64,000 nucleotides of DNA from Malacoraja senta (Eukaryota), in the NCBI GenBank assembly GCA_038087875.1, contig CM075989.1, forward strand, positions 1,364,001 to 1,428,000. The letters run 5' to 3'. Below, one piece after another: positions 11,729 through 25,455 of this stretch; within the stretch, counting starts at the first letter, position 1, and each line of letters starts with the position of its first letter. Made by a program: the position numbers and the translations under genes. The notes beneath the pieces were generated by a model, which had not been told where the DNA came from, did not search any database, and worked only from the letters and a program-made list of their open reading frames with translations.

Positions 11729-13130
11729 CGTCGTTAAACACTTTGTGTTCTAACATCCATTCTGTGTTATTATTAAATTTACGTGACCTAGTGTCTGCCA
11801 CCGTGTTAAACCTACCTGGCAAATAGGTAGCTGAAATCCAAATCCTTCGTTCAAGACACCAGCTCCAAATAAGGTTAGCCAAACTATCACAGGATACTGA
11901 CTTGATTCCACCCATGTGATTAATATAAGCCACCGCTGTAGTGTTATCAATTTGCAGTTGAACATGCAAGTTCTGCATATTCCCACAATATGCCTTTAAC
12001 CCATAGAATGCCCCGAGCATCTCCAGGTAGTTGATACCATATAAATGGATAAGTGGTAACTCGTGCATGTCCCATCTGCCATCGCAACTAGAGATGGTAT
12101 TAGTAGCTCCCCATCCTTGAGCACTAGCATCAGTTTGTAGTGTAACTGAAGGTTTATTGACCAAGATGTCACTGGAGCAATGCTGAATATTGGTCATCCA
12201 TCATTGTAACTCAGATATAGCTTCAGCCGGTAATAGCATAGGTCTGTTAAACCTAAATGGTACTTGAGTGCTTGTTCCTTTGCACGCTGCAAATTTTGAT
12301 AATGTAAAGGCCCAAATTGTGCAGCTGGAAAAGCAGCCACTATTTTGCCAATTATGCTAGCCACCTGGCGGATAGATGGCTGCTCCATAATAATAAGGTT
12401 ATTACAGGCTTCTATTAATTCCAATCTCTTGCCCCAGGACAGAGTCACAGATATTTCAATAGAGTTAATGACAAACCCTAAATAATCAATCACCCTAGTC
12501 ATTACCAATCTGGACTTAACTGGATGGATGAGAAACCCCAATTTCTCAAATATGAGTTTTTTGGCTGAAACAGCTAAATTAGCCAAATCCAGCATTTTTC
12601 CTATAATTAGAATGTCACCCAGTTAGGCCATAACAATGTGCTCTTGAGCTCTGAGCAGACCGAGCACAGGCTTTAGTAATTTGGTAAATAACCTGGGAGC
12701 TGAAGTTAACCCATTCGGCAATGCTTTAAAACTGCCATAGCTGCCCCATCCAGCTAAATTTCAAATATCTCCGGTGATCCCTGTGAATTGGAACTGAATA
12801 ATATGCATCTTTGAGATCGATGCATGCCATAAAGCACCCCTTGGAAATCAGTTGTTTAGCAGTAAAGACGCTTTCCATTTTACAATTACCCCTTTTCTGT
12901 GTAATGCATTAATTTCTGCTTGTATATCCAAACCTTCCTGTTTGGAATAAATATACCGCCCGACCTGGTGTATGTTGTGTGGGTGGCAATGAATTAGGTA
13001 AAAACTCAATTTTGAACCCTTCTGTACTGTGCAGTATAAACGGATCTGAGGTTATCCACCGCCATTCGTGTAAAAACAAGTGCAATCTACCACCAACTTG
13101 TAACTGGTCCACACACCCCATGTTCAGGAA
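11712..13130 (-). pseudogene. DIRS copy 1 reverse transcriptase/RNase H remnant
   Basis: VGGRLHLFLHEW; CIDLKDAYYSVPI; LPNGLTSAPR; YLDD reads *LGD (about 12614-12625); RNase H motifs TDASAQGWG, INYLEM, IDNTTAVAYINHMGG. Confidence 0.92.
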
Positions 13131-14412
13131 AGAACCAGACCCACCTACCTCCATGGTTACCGGTGGTCTGATAGCAGACCCAACGGGCCCTAATACGGGT
13201 TCTGTTTCCGCCCTCGTGGTTTGGAGGGTTGAACTGCTGGGATGCAAGGAGTGTGCATTTTTCATGACGGCCGGCCCTGGCCTTGGCCTAAAAAAGACCT
13301 CTGGCCAGGAAGATCAAGTTTTGAGCTGCACTAGCTTCAACAAACCGCTTATTGCTAATGGAGGCGTAGGGGAATAGTCGCCGAAACTGTGAAGCTTTGC
13401 TCGTCGTAGGTGCTTTGATCAGCCCGACAGCTTTGGCTTCGTCATCCAGGTCTTTCATCTGTTTGGGCAGCTCTTCCCTGAACAGAAGATTGGGCGGCAT
13501 GACATTACTGGATTTACACAGACCTGCAAACTTTGGGTTTAACGCAGGCCTGATGGCGCTCTTTCGGAAGCAGTTCTTTTGAAATTAATGCCAGGGCATC
13601 CTGCTGGTCGTCTGATAGTGGCCCGCCATCTACAGATCTGGCAAAAGCCGTGATGCCTGAAGCCAGTCATTATAAAATCTTTGGAGTTTCATTTCCTGGG
13701 CCTTGATGCCACCTCCAATCTAACCCCTAATGGAGCTGTTGACTGCCGGCACCTTTAAGGATGCACAATTCGCAGGCGTGTGGTATTTAGCAGCCGATTC
13801 AACCATGATCTGTTCTTGTAACTGATGGGATGTGAGATAGTTGATACTAGAAGCCCGATCTTCTTGAAGAGGCTCCCCTGTCTGTGAAGGTATCGCAAAC
13901 CTCGATGCCAGGGCAGGCAACTCCTGAGTGTGAGCCTCACGCATCTCATGTATGTCCTGACATACCCCCGAATTCCGAGTCAGTCATATACTGACCCCTG
14001 GCACTCCCCTCATCAGAGTGGGAGGCACTAAGCGGCCCTGAACCAGGCGCTGCCGCAGGCACGTAGGTGACCTGCGATGACATGTCTCCATATCATGGAG
14101 CATATTATGATGGAGCATCCTCTCCATGAGATGCTCCATTTGGGATAAACGCCCGAAGACATTATCCATAGGTATAGGAGGGGAATCCTCCTGGCCTGAC
14201 TCGTCTGAGTACACAGGCCCCTTGCGTTTGGCTTTGCCCCTTTCGGAGTTGCCAAAGTGCTTTGAGCAAGCACCAAGTCTGAAGTCGCTGACCGCACTGT
14301 CAGCGACTCTGACGGCGAAACCGACGGCCGCCGGCTACCCGCACCTCCGCGGTCCTTCATAGCCGGGTGTCCCCGCGGCCCGTCTGAGTTTGTTCGCCTT
14401 GGACTTATCCAT
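13130..14412 (-). pseudogene. DIRS copy 1 gag-like ORF remnant
   Basis: Upstream of RT; PANCASLKVPAVNS and IRPALNPKFAGLC motifs shared with copies 2 and 3; ATG at 14412. Confidence 0.75.
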
Positions 14413-14887
14413 AATCAGCGACCACTGTGAAGAAAAAATATCCAAAAAACACGACCTCAGAATAAGTTAAAAAACGTACCTGTGAGGTTTTTAAAACTTA
14501 CCGCTGGAGGAGCGACGCTCCTCCCAGCCAGTCGTGCATTTTTGCAGCGACCTCACCATATTCTGGTTAAATATTCTTTCCACAGAAATCTCCTATTTCA
14601 CTTTGAAATTATATTCATTTATAACCGCTTGTAAAATCAGTAACCACCTTAATGTTCGTGTGTTTAGTACTGGGTATGCTTGAAACTATTTATTGTAATG
14701 TACTGTATCTTTAAAAAAACAACCTATATCAACCAGGTGTGAAAATTACACTGAATCGAACGATGATTGAAAATGCGTGGGAATCGACTATTCGCAATCC
14801 TGCTGTGAAATTTTTAAGTCGAAAGTTGTATTTTATTTCAAAGTGGGAATTTGAAGATAGGGACAGAGATGCTACACAGAGATTTTA

Positions 14888-14932
14888 AACTCGGGAGAGC
14901 TCTTGGGTGAACTCGCACAGTGGGACAGGGCT
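14888..14932. mobile_element. Isolated terminus of the same Harbinger MITE family
   Basis: AAACTCGGGAGAGCTCTTGG...GTGGGACAGGGCTT matches 27115-27162. Confidence 0.75.
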
Positions 14933-14980
14933 TGAGGCAGCATCTATGGAGCGAAGGAAATAGCCAACGTTTCGGGGCCG

Positions 14981-15013
14981 GGTCTGAAGAAGGGTTTCGA
15001 CCCGAAACGTTGC
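14981..15013 (+). ncRNA. Minimal hammerhead-ribozyme-like motif in Penelope end repeat
   Basis: GGT-CTGAAGA-A-GGGT(TTCG)ACCC-GAAAC-GTT-GC: both core boxes, stem II, and a palindromic short stem III. One extra A before stem II. Confidence 0.6.
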
Positions 15014-15402
15014 ATATTTCCATCGCTCCATAGATGCCGCTAAGTTTCTCCAGCATTTTTGTCTACCGCAAAACGTCAATGATTTCGGGTATGGCGAGAG
15101 AACTAGAGAGAGACGAGATGGGGAGCGGGAGAGAGAGAGAGCGCTCGAGATACAGAGGGAGGGAGAGAGCGAAAGACAGAGAGACACAACGTGGGTCGGT
15201 AGGTAAATTGAATGACTAGCCTGCTGCAGACCAAGAAGCTCACCAAGAAGAAGTCTTCAATCATGATGGTGAGTTTTAAGAAATTCTCAATGTGTCATTA
15301 ATGCATCGATCTACATTCCTCAGTAAATGTAATTCTGTTTTGAACAAGTGTTAATGACGCCGCGTGAATTGTATTCAAAGGAACGCTGCGTCATTAATAT
15401 TT

Positions 15403-15650
15403 GTTCATAAGTTCATAATTGATAGGAGCAGAATTAGGCCATTCGGCCCATCAAGTCTACTCCGCCATTCGATCATGGCTGATCTATCTCTCCCTCCTAA
15501 CCCCATTCTCCTGTCTTCTCCCCATAACCCCTGTCACCCGCACTGAGCAAGAATCTATCTATCTCTGCTTTAAAAATATCCACTGACGGTCTCCACAGCC
15601 CTCTGTAGCAAATAATTCCACAGATTCACCACCCGCTGTCTAAAGAAATG
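15403..15650 (-). mobile_element. CR1 3' fragment within the hAT cargo
   Basis: FFRQRVVNLWNYLLQRAVE plus 3'UTR. Confidence 0.85.
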
Positions 15651-16110
<460 letters not shown>

Positions 16111-16303
16111 TCCTCTACCCCCAGCCACGTTTATATCTACAGTTCACTCCACGAGTGTGTGTGTGTGTGTGTGAGAGCCTAGCAGTGTTTCTCAGCTCCG
16201 TGAGCTGCTCGTATTGACAGTAATCGTGTCCAACTCTTAACTGATTAAGTGTGGTTTCCAAACTGAAAATCCCCCTCTCTCTCTGTCTCTCCACTGCCCC
16301 CCC

Positions 16304-16562
16304 CACACACACACAGAGACAGAGACACACCTAGAGACACAGATAGAGACGCAGATAGAGACACACACACACACACAGCCACAGAGACACACACACACAC
16401 AGACACAGACACATACACAGACACATACACAGACACAGAGTCACACACACACACACACACACACAGACAGACACATACACAGACAGACACACACACACAG
16501 ACACACACACACACACACAGACAGACACACACACAGACACACACACAGACACAGACACAGAC

Positions 16563-16593
<31 letters not shown>

Positions 16594-16596
16594 CAC
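16304..16596. repeat. (CA)n/(GACA)n compound microsatellite
   Basis: Direct inspection. Confidence 0.97.
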
Positions 16597-18565
16597 AGGG
16601 TTAAATCCCACCCATACCCCGGCCCGGACATTAACCCCGACACCAATGTTAACACAGACTCAAACCTCCAACCTGGTCTGCTGTTGTACCAGCACCGAAC
16701 AAGTTAACACAACCCCCAGATCTGTTTATCCACAGATTGTCTCCCTCTGGCACTTATCCGGCCTGTTGTCTTTCGTTTCTGCTTCACGTCTTTTAACTCT
16801 ATCCCCCCGACCAAGAGTGGGCCGGTACGCCACCGATTTCATACAAATCTGACCCTTTCACGCCCCCCCCACCCCACACACACCGCCCACTCCCGGCGTT
16901 TGGCGTTGAATACTCATGGCTGAGTTTGCTGCGGTGCTGGGGCTTGCTGCCCTGTTAGCGCCTGGACAGTCAGTCTGGCGGGGGCTGTGAGACTCCCACA
17001 CCTCCCCAGAGCCCGGTACTACCAGCCCCCCCCCCCCCCTTAGTCCAGACCAGAGTCTCGGCCACTCCGGTGGCAGCAAGTCCTCATTTACTGAGGAATA
17101 TGGATCAGAGCATTGATGACCCATTGTATAACCACTTAACTACTGGCTGTCAACAGGTGCTACAGTTGGAGTTAACACATCGTTTGTGTCTGGCGAATGT
17201 TTTTTTTAAAATCTTTATTTAATAAAGCGAATTTGTATTTCGATATGAAATACGGAAAATCGGTCCAATCGGCCTAAGGCAGGCCCTGGCTGCTGCACCC
17301 GCTGAGTTTCTCCAGCACTTTTGTCTACCCAGGTTTGTAGGTTAATTGGCTTGGTATAAATATTTAAAAATTGTCCCTAGTGTAGGATAGTATTAATGTG
17401 CGGGGATCGCTGGTCAGTGCGGACTCGGTGGGCCGAAGGTCCTGTTACTGCGCTGTATCTCTAAAGTAAACTGAACTAAACCAAACTAAAAGACACGTAG
17501 GTTGACGAGCAAGAGACTGTTTGATGAGAATGGACAAGCCTGCTGTGGCCGTCCTGATTCTAATGTGAGTGGGTCTTGGTTGCAGGAGACTTCCTGACCC
17601 TGGAACAGGTTGGGTCAGGTGATGGTTGGTTGGGATGAAGGTGTTTTGGGGCAGAGCAGATGTTTGCAGTGTCTGATAATGTTGGGGGAAGCAACTAGAC
17701 GTTCAGTTGTAATTGTTGCGAATAAGGACTCTGACCAATGGCAAATTGAGGGGATAGTAGGCTTTCATTGGGAATGCCCTTCTGCTCCTACACGCACTGT
17801 CCACCAGCGTTAATTGTGTGGAATCGGCCCATCTTTCACCTGTTGGGTTGGCTGTAGCCTGAGAACCTTGGCTGAGAAACAAGAATAGAACTGGCAGACA
17901 GACCCAAAATGCTGGAGTAACTCAACAGGACAGGACAGGACAGGACAGAACTGACAGACTCCTGACTTTAGTTAAGTGAGCCCGACAGGCAGACTGGGGA
18001 TCTGTGCCTGACCCTGACTCTACTAAACCAAAACTGAGCGCCAACTTGCCTGGAGACCCTTTCTCACTTGGTGGGACCTCCCCAGTGCCATTAACTGTGT
18101 GCTCCAGGGAATGTACAGCGGTGTGTGTGTGTGTGTGTGATGTTACACACCCTCCCTGGGCAGCAAGAATGCCATCCCTTTGCACAAACATCTATCAGTC
18201 ATGTTATCCTTAAGACAAATAGTGCACAGAACTCACTTTGTGTGAGGACTAAATGTAAATGATAGCAGTAAATGATAGCAAAAGGGCATAAAACGGAAAG
18301 AAAGATTATTTACTTAGAGCGGAGAAAGAATAAACTAGTTCTGTTGCTCGTATGAACAAATGTACCTCAGACTTTTGAAATTAAGGATATAATGGGAGCT
18401 TGTTCGTTGGTAGGGTGTTCATGAGTCAAGCGTTCTTAACCCCGTGATAGTCTCCACTCAAGTAAGCCAAGAGTCAAGGGTGTTTTATTGTCATATGTAC
18501 CGGCATGGACCAACAACTTTCTCACTTGCAGCAGCAGAACAGGTTTGTAAACACAGTACTCAATG

Positions 18566-18790
18566 ACGGCGGCACAGCGCTAGAGACCCGGGTTCGATCC
18601 TGACTACAGGTGCTGTCTGTACGGAGTTTGTACGTTCTCCCCGTGACCCGCGTGGGTTTTCTCCCAGTTCCTCCCATACTCCACAGCCGTACAGGTTTGT
18701 CGGTTAATTAGCTTGGTATAATTATTGTAATTTGTCCCTGATGTGTAGGAAAGTGTTAGTGTGCGGGGATCGCTAGTCGGCACGGACTCG
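18566..18790 (+). mobile_element. HE1-like SINE, 3'-truncated
   Basis: GGTTCGATCC B box and core. Confidence 0.85.
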
Positions 18791-19505
18791 TCAAGGTGCT
18801 TGTTGGTGAGTTCTGGCGATGGGGCATTTCACCAGATAAGCTGGGCAGTCTTCTGAGTGAGCCACTCCACAGGAACCATCGAGTCCTTGTCTTTCAGTGC
18901 CTCCAGGATATTCCATGCTGACCACTGGCCAATAAACAGCGGTCAAAGGTGTTGTTCTGGAAGAACCTTTCCACAAATGAGAGGTAGTGTGGTAATGTCC
19001 AGCTGACTGATACATTCTGCACCAGGCCCATCCTTCGCAACATGGGGGACAGGTAGAACCTCAGCAGGTAGTGACACTTCACCAGGTAGTGACACCAGGC
19101 ACCGCCTGATGCAGCCACACACGAAGGTGGCCATCAGGGTGAGGGCGACGTTGGGCACACTTTTACCCCCGCCTGCCTGCCGACTTGTGCATTGTGGCCC
19201 GTCACACCCGGTCCATCCTTGACCCCCAAATGAAGTGGAAGACGGCCCGGGTTATCCCTGTTATATAGGAGGGAGGGACGGGCCACATTTGTGCCAAGTA
19301 CATCAGCCCCGAGAGCATCTCACACCTGATGACCAAATGTTTGCGAGAGGGTACACTGCTTACACAGTCCTGGTCTTTGTTGGACCTTGTTTACATTTTA
19401 CATTTAAAATTACATTTTTGTCCTGGTCGATCAGCCTCCGTGGCGACCATCTCCCTCCTGGGTGCCATCAGCACGTTTCCTTTCTTTCCCACTGGACAAA
19501 ACGGA
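18791..19505 (-). mobile_element. L1/Tx1-clade LINE ORF2 fragment
   Basis: FIWGSRMDRV...PNVALTLMATFVCGCIRRC...CHYLLRFYLSPMLRRMG...SWTLPHYLSFVERF resembles the post-RT region of Tx1-like elements. Confidence 0.7.
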
Positions 19506-20504
19506 AAGCAAACTAGAGTAGGCCACAAGGAACTGCAGATGCTTGTTTACAGAGGAGATACAAAGTGCTGGAGTAAGTCAGTGGGTCAGACAGCATCTCC
19601 AGAGAACATGGATCAGCAACTGTTGAGGTTGGGAACCTTGTCCAGACTGATTGTAGTAGAGTGCAGAAAGCTGGAAGAGAGGTGGGTGTGGGACACAGCC
19701 TGGAGAGTGATAGGTGGATACAGGTGTGAATTAGAGAATGGCTTGACAAAGGACAGAAATGAAAAGTCAAAATGTGTAAGAGAAGGAAATAAGGAGAGAA
19801 GAGGCATGAAATGAGAAGCCAGAGAAGTCAAATTAGAATGCTGGTCCCAAAAAACAAAAAAACTCACACTGACGGTTATTGAGACCGATTTGTATCTTTC
19901 GTTTCAAACAAGCTATAAATGGCTAAACCTGTAGGAAATCTTGCTAAATAAGCACAGATTGCATTGGATTCTCAGGTGAGAGATGATTAGCATAATTACT
20001 CCCAGCAGGAGATGCGGATGCAGATTGGGTAACGTTTACACAGGTAATTGTGAGTTTTACTTACAGCTTATCTGATTTTTAACATTATCATCCTGGGCTA
20101 CGCGTGATGATGTGTGGGAAAGTAGCAGGGTAATTATATTGCCCGGTGAGTAATCATAGACCAGCAATACTCCTCATAGATCAGAATCCAAAGCCCACCA
20201 TCATAGCAGGGAAGTTACATTCATTTAAATTGGCATTAATAATTGCAACCGTTTAGCTACCAGATCTCAATAAAAACTCACGCTGCTCTCTCTGGGAAAG
20301 GAAATCAAATGTTCTTTAAGTGGTGCCGGAAGGAACTGCAGATGTGGTTTGCAAAAGAACAAACACAAAGTGCTGGAGTAACTCAACGAGTCAGGCAGCA
20401 TCTGTGGAGGGAATGGATAGGTGCCGTTTTAGGTTGGGACCCATCTTCAGACTGATGGAGTAAGGGGGACAAAGCCGCAAAAGAGGTGAGGGTGGGACAA
20501 AGCC

Positions 20505-20808
20505 TGCAGCGGTAGTGTTGCTGCCTTATAGCGCCAGAGACCCGGGTTCAATACTGACTATGGGTGCTGTCTGTACAGATTTTGTACGTTCTCCCTGTGA
20601 CCTGCGTAGGTTTTCACTGAGATCTTCGGTTTCCTCCCACACTCCAAAGACGTACAGGTTTGCAGATTATTTTGGCTTCGGTAAAATTGTAAATTGTCCC
20701 TAGTGTGTGTAGGATAGTGTAAGTGTGCGGGCAATCGCTGGTCGACGCAGACTCGGTGGGCCAAAGGGCCTGTTTCCATGCGGTATCTCTAAACTAAACT
20801 AAACTAAA
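20505..20808 (+). mobile_element. HE1-like SINE
   Basis: Head, core and tail. Confidence 0.88.
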
Positions 20809-20957
20809 TGATGGGTGTCAGATGAGGAGAGGATTGAAATGTAAAGCCCAAGGCAGGGATATAGGTGGAAGGAGACAGGGAGGGAGGAAAGGGGAGGAGG
20901 GATAGTGGGTGCACTAGGGAGGAGCACAGGAAAGAGAGGAGGCGTGATGGGGGAAGA

Positions 20958-21255
20958 TACATAGAAACATGGAAACATAGAAAATAGGTGCAGGAGGCCA
21001 TTCGGCCCTTCGAGCCAGCACCGCGATTCATTGTGATCATGGCTGATCGTCCCCTATCAATAACCCGTGCCTGCCTTCTCCCCATATCCCTTGACTCCAC
21101 TAGCCCCTAGAGCTCTATCTAACTCTCTCTTAAATCCATCCAGTGACTTGGCCTCCACTGCCCTCTGTGGCAGGGAATTCCATAAATTCACAACTCTCTG
21201 GGCGAAAAAGTTTTTTCTCACCTCAGTCTTAAATGACCTCCCCTTTATTCTAAGA
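20958..21255 (-). mobile_element. CR1 3' end
   Basis: LRIKGRSFKTEVRKNFFAQRVVNLWNSLP plus tail. Confidence 0.92.
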
Positions 21256-21311
21256 GTTGGGGAATTCATAGTTGATGCCATTGTGTGTATCCTACCCAAG
21301 TGGAATATGGG

Positions 21312-21669
21312 TTCCCGATGTTGGGGAAGATTGTTCCCGATGTTGGGGAAGTCCAGAACAAGGGGTCACAGTTTAAGGATAAGGGGGAAATCTTTTAGGA
21401 TCGAGATGAGAAAAACATTTTTCACACAGAGATTGGTGAATCTGTGGAATTCTCAGCCACAGAAGGTAGTTGAGGCCAGTTCATTGGCTATATTTAAGAG
21501 GGAGTTAGATGTGGCCCTTGTGGCTAAAGGGATCAGGGGGTATGGAGAGAAGGCAGGTACAGGATACTGAGTTGGATGATCAGCCATGATCATATTGAAT
21601 GGCGGTGCAGGCTCGAAGGGCCGAATGGCCTACTCCTGCACCTATTTTCTATGTTTCTATGTTTCTATG
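21312..21669 (+). mobile_element. CR1 3' end
   Basis: RLFPMLGKSRTRGHSL plus tail. Confidence 0.92.
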
Positions 21670-23157
21670 AGGTGCTCCCTCAGTTCTGCTATCACACTCT
21701 CTCCCCTCAGAACATGCTTCTGCCCAACTGATCTCGTCTCCAAATAGCTCCATCCCATTTGGTCCCCCTCTACCCCCCCCAACCTTGTGCAATCCTTTCT
21801 GACCTACATCTGAGACACCTCACAAGCTCTTCAATACTTCAAAAATGTTTAATTTCAAGGCTCCCAATGCCTCATCTTTACCACAGACATCCAATCACTT
21901 TATACCTCCATCCCCCACCAGGAAGGTCCTGGGGCCCTCCAGTTCCTCTTGAACAGAAGCCACATCAATTTACTAATGCTCACTAGCACCAGCGCCTCAA
22001 CAACTCTCTTTCCACTCTTCTCACTTTCTCCAAGTTGAAGGTGTAGCCGTGGGCACTCGCATGGGCAGCAGTTATGCCGGTTGTTTTGTCAGTTACGTCA
22101 AACAGTCTTAGTGCTAGGTATATACTGGCACCATCCCCTCATTCTATCTCTGCTACATCGACGACTGCATTGGGGTTGCCTCTTGCACCCATGCAGAACG
22201 CATTGTTTTCATCAACTTTACTACTCACTTCCATTCTGCACTCAAATTCATGTGGATTATTTCTGACAACTCTCTCCCCTTTCTCGATCGGTATATCTCC
22301 AACACAGGGGACAAACTATCAATTGGCGTCCACTATGAACGTCTGAAGAAGGGTCTCGACCCGAAACATCACCCATTCGTTCTCTCCAGAGATGCTGCCT
22401 CTCCCGCTGAGTTACTCCAGTTTTATGTGTCTATCTACTATGAACCCACTGACCCCCAACAATTATCTGGACTCCACCTCCTCCGACCCTGCCTCCTGCA
22501 AGGACACCATCCCCTACTTTCAATTTCTCCATCTCCAATACGCACCCAAGATGAGACTTTCCATTCTAGTGCATCAAAGATGTCCTCTTTATTTTGTACA
22601 TGTGCTTTCCCCGCTGCTGTTGTAGATGATTCCTCACCTGTATCTCCCTCTATCGCAGTTCTGCTCTCACTCCCCATCTCCCCAGACGGAACAAGGATAG
22701 AGTTCCCCTGGTCCTGCCCTTTCACCCGACCAGCCTCCACATCCCACACATTATTCTCCACAATTTCCAACACCTTCTATACTCCCAACATCTTCCCTTT
22801 CTGCTTTCCACAGAGACTGCTCCCTCCACACTCTATGATTCACTCATCCCTTCTCACCCAAACCAGCCCCACCCCTGATACCCTCCAATGCAACCGCAGG
22901 AGATGTAACCTCCTCCATCCAAGGATGACAGCAGCCCTTCCATTTGAGATAAATGTTCATGTGCACCTTCTCTAACCTCGTCCAGTGTTTCTGATGTGGC
23001 GAGACCAAGCGTGACGTAGATGACATTTCGCCCAACACTTGCCAAGGTCTGCACGATCTCCCAGTTGCTATCCATTTTAACTTCCCTGAGTTGCCTCCTG
23101 TGCCAGAGTAAGGTTACATGCAAACTCATATTCCTCTTGGGTAGGTCACAACCCAAT
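21670..23157 (+). mobile_element. Penelope-like element, decayed RT and GIY-YIG endonuclease
   Basis: Frameshifted motifs DIQSLYTSIPHQEG, QVEGVAVGTRMG, YIDDCIG, SLPFLD, YLDSTSSDPASCKDTIPYFQF, CNRRRCN, GETKR. Confidence 0.88.
22341..22436 (+). mobile_element. Short Penelope end fragment with hammerhead-like motif, inserted in the Penelope RT
   Basis: Begins GTCTGAAGAAGGGTCTCGACCCGAAAC. TSD ACTATGAAC at 22332-22340 and 22437-22445. Confidence 0.8.
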
Positions 23158-23252
23158 GCTATCGATTGATATTAATTGATTGATTGAAAGATACAGAATG
23201 GGACAGGCTCTTTTGCCCACCAATGAAATCTATTGATCGCTGGTTCACACTA

Positions 23253-24240
23253 AAAACATAGAAACATAGAAAATAGGTGCAGGAGGAGGCCATTCGGCCC
23301 TTCGAGCCAGCACCGCCATTCATTGTGATCATTGCTGATCGTCCCCTATCAATAACCCGTGCCTGCCTTCTCCCCATATCCCTTGACTCCACTAGCCCCT
23401 AGAGCTCTATCTAACTCTCTCTTAAAACCATCCAGTGATTTGGCCTCCACTGCCCTCTGTGGCAGGCAATTCCATAAATTCACAACTCTCTGGGTGAAAA
23501 CGTTTTTTCTCACCTCAGTCTTAAATGACCTCCCCTTTATTCTAAGACTGTGGCCCCTGGTTCTGGACTCGCCCATCATTTGGAACATTTTTCCTGCATC
23601 TAGCTTGTCCAGTCCTTTTATAATTTTATATGTTTATAAGATTCCCCCTCATCCTAAACTCCAGTGAATACAAGCCTAGTCTTTTCAATCTTTCCTCATA
23701 TGACAGTCCCGCCATCCCAGGGATCAATCTCGTGAACCTACGCTGCACTGCCTCAATCACAAGGATGTCCTTCCTCAAATTAGGAGACCAAAACTGTACA
23801 CAATACTCCAGATGTGGTCTTACCAGAGCCCCATACAACTGCAGAAGAACCTCTTTACTCCTATACTGAAATCCTCTTGTTATGAAGGCCAACATTCCAT
23901 TAGCTTTCTTCACTGCCTGCTGTACCTGCACGCCAACTTTCAGTGACCGGTGTACAAGGACACCCAGGTCTCGCCCTTACCTAACCTAACCCCATTGAGA
24001 TAATAATCTGCCTCCTTGTTTTTGCCACCAAAGTGGATAACCTCACATTTATCTATATTATACTGCATCTGCCACGCATCTGCCCACTCACTCAACCTGT
24101 CCAGGTCACCCTGCAACCTCCTAACATCCTCTTCACAGTTCACACTGCCACCCAGCTTTGTGTCATCCGCAAACTTGCTAGTGTTGCTCCTAATTCCCTC
24201 TTCCAAATCATTAATATATATGGTAAACAGTTGCGGCCCC
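23253..24240 (-). mobile_element. CR1 LINE, 5'-truncated
   Basis: [22 protein letters not shown]; frameshifts; tail. Confidence 0.96.
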
Positions 24241-24244
24241 GACT

Positions 24245-24470
24245 AGTTTTATGTTATTCCATTAAGTATCCTCTCCCTACCACTAGGGCAATTTACAGAG
24301 GCTAATTAACCTACATGTTTGCACATCTTTGGGATGTGGGAGGAAACTGGAGCACCCGAAGAAAACCCACATAGGTATGGGGAGAATGTGCAAACTCCAC
24401 ACAGACAGCAGCCTTGATTCTCTAGCACTGGGAGGCAGCAATTCTACCAGCTGTGTACTGTGCCGCCCAT
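24245..24470 (-). mobile_element. HE1-like SINE, old
   Basis: Antisense core. Confidence 0.75.
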
Positions 24471-25164
24471 GCATAAATATTGAGTTCTCCAATTCTAGGT
24501 ACTATTCCCTCTATTCCCCACTGTCTTTCTTGTGCCCAGGTGTGCATCCATCTCCCATTATCCTGCCCCTCCCCCCCCTCCTTTCCTCTTTGCCTGGATG
24601 CCTACCACCTATATCCCTCCCTCGAGCTTTCCATTTCATTCCTGCTCTCTCTCCTTTTATCTCCTTTACATCTCTAGTCTTTGCCCACCCATCTGACAAT
24701 CAAAACTCGCCTCACCTGTATCCACCTATCACTTGCCAGACCGTGTCTGAAGAGGGGTGCAGACCCGGGACGTCACCAGTGCATGTTCTCCAGAGATGCT
24801 GCTTGACTCGCTGAGTAACTCCAGCACTTCAATCTCTTGCCATGCTTTGTCCCACCTTCACCATTTTACCAGCTTTCCTCCCTCTCCTACAATCAGTCCG
24901 ATGAATTGTCCTGACCTGAAATGTCGCCTGTCCATGCCCTCCAGAGATGCTGCCTGACCCGCTGAGATACTCCAGCACTTTGTATTTTTTGAGTGGTCTA
25001 CCTACACGTGACTTTACCCACATTCATGTGGGGGTCCCATTATCGCCCCCTCAAACAGGTCTGGAAAGGCTCTCTGTTTAACTAAGCCTAGGCAATAGAT
25101 GTCAGCCCATCAGAGTTGATAACAAGTAGCGGAAGAATTGTTAAGAAGTGTCCCACATTTAGGG

Positions 25165-25455
25165 CTGGCACAGTGGCGCAGCTGTAGCTTTGGTGCTTTA
25201 CGGCGCCAGAGACCCCGGTTCAATCCTGACTACGGGTGCTACTGTATGGAGTTTGTACTTTCTCCCTGTGACTGCATAGGTTTTCTCCTGGTGCTCCGGT
25301 TTCCTCCCACACTCCAGATTCGTAGGTTAATTGCTTCTGCAAATTATAACTTGTCCCTAGTGTAGGATAGTGCTAGTGTATGGGGTGATCACTGGTCAGC
25401 GCAGACCTGGTGGACCAAAGGGTCTGTTTACATGCTAGTTATCTAAAGTCTAAAT
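25165..25455 (+). mobile_element. HE1-like SINE
   Basis: Head, core and tail. Confidence 0.85.

Larger units (their letters stand above)
9894..14535 (-). mobile_element. DIRS1-type tyrosine-recombinase retrotransposon copy 1, decayed, left ITR missing
   Basis: gag, RT, RNase H, methyltransferase-like and YR remnants in DIRS order. Right terminus 9894-9972 is complementary to the ICR at 10117-10228. Similarity to copy 2 stops near 14535. Confidence 0.93.
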
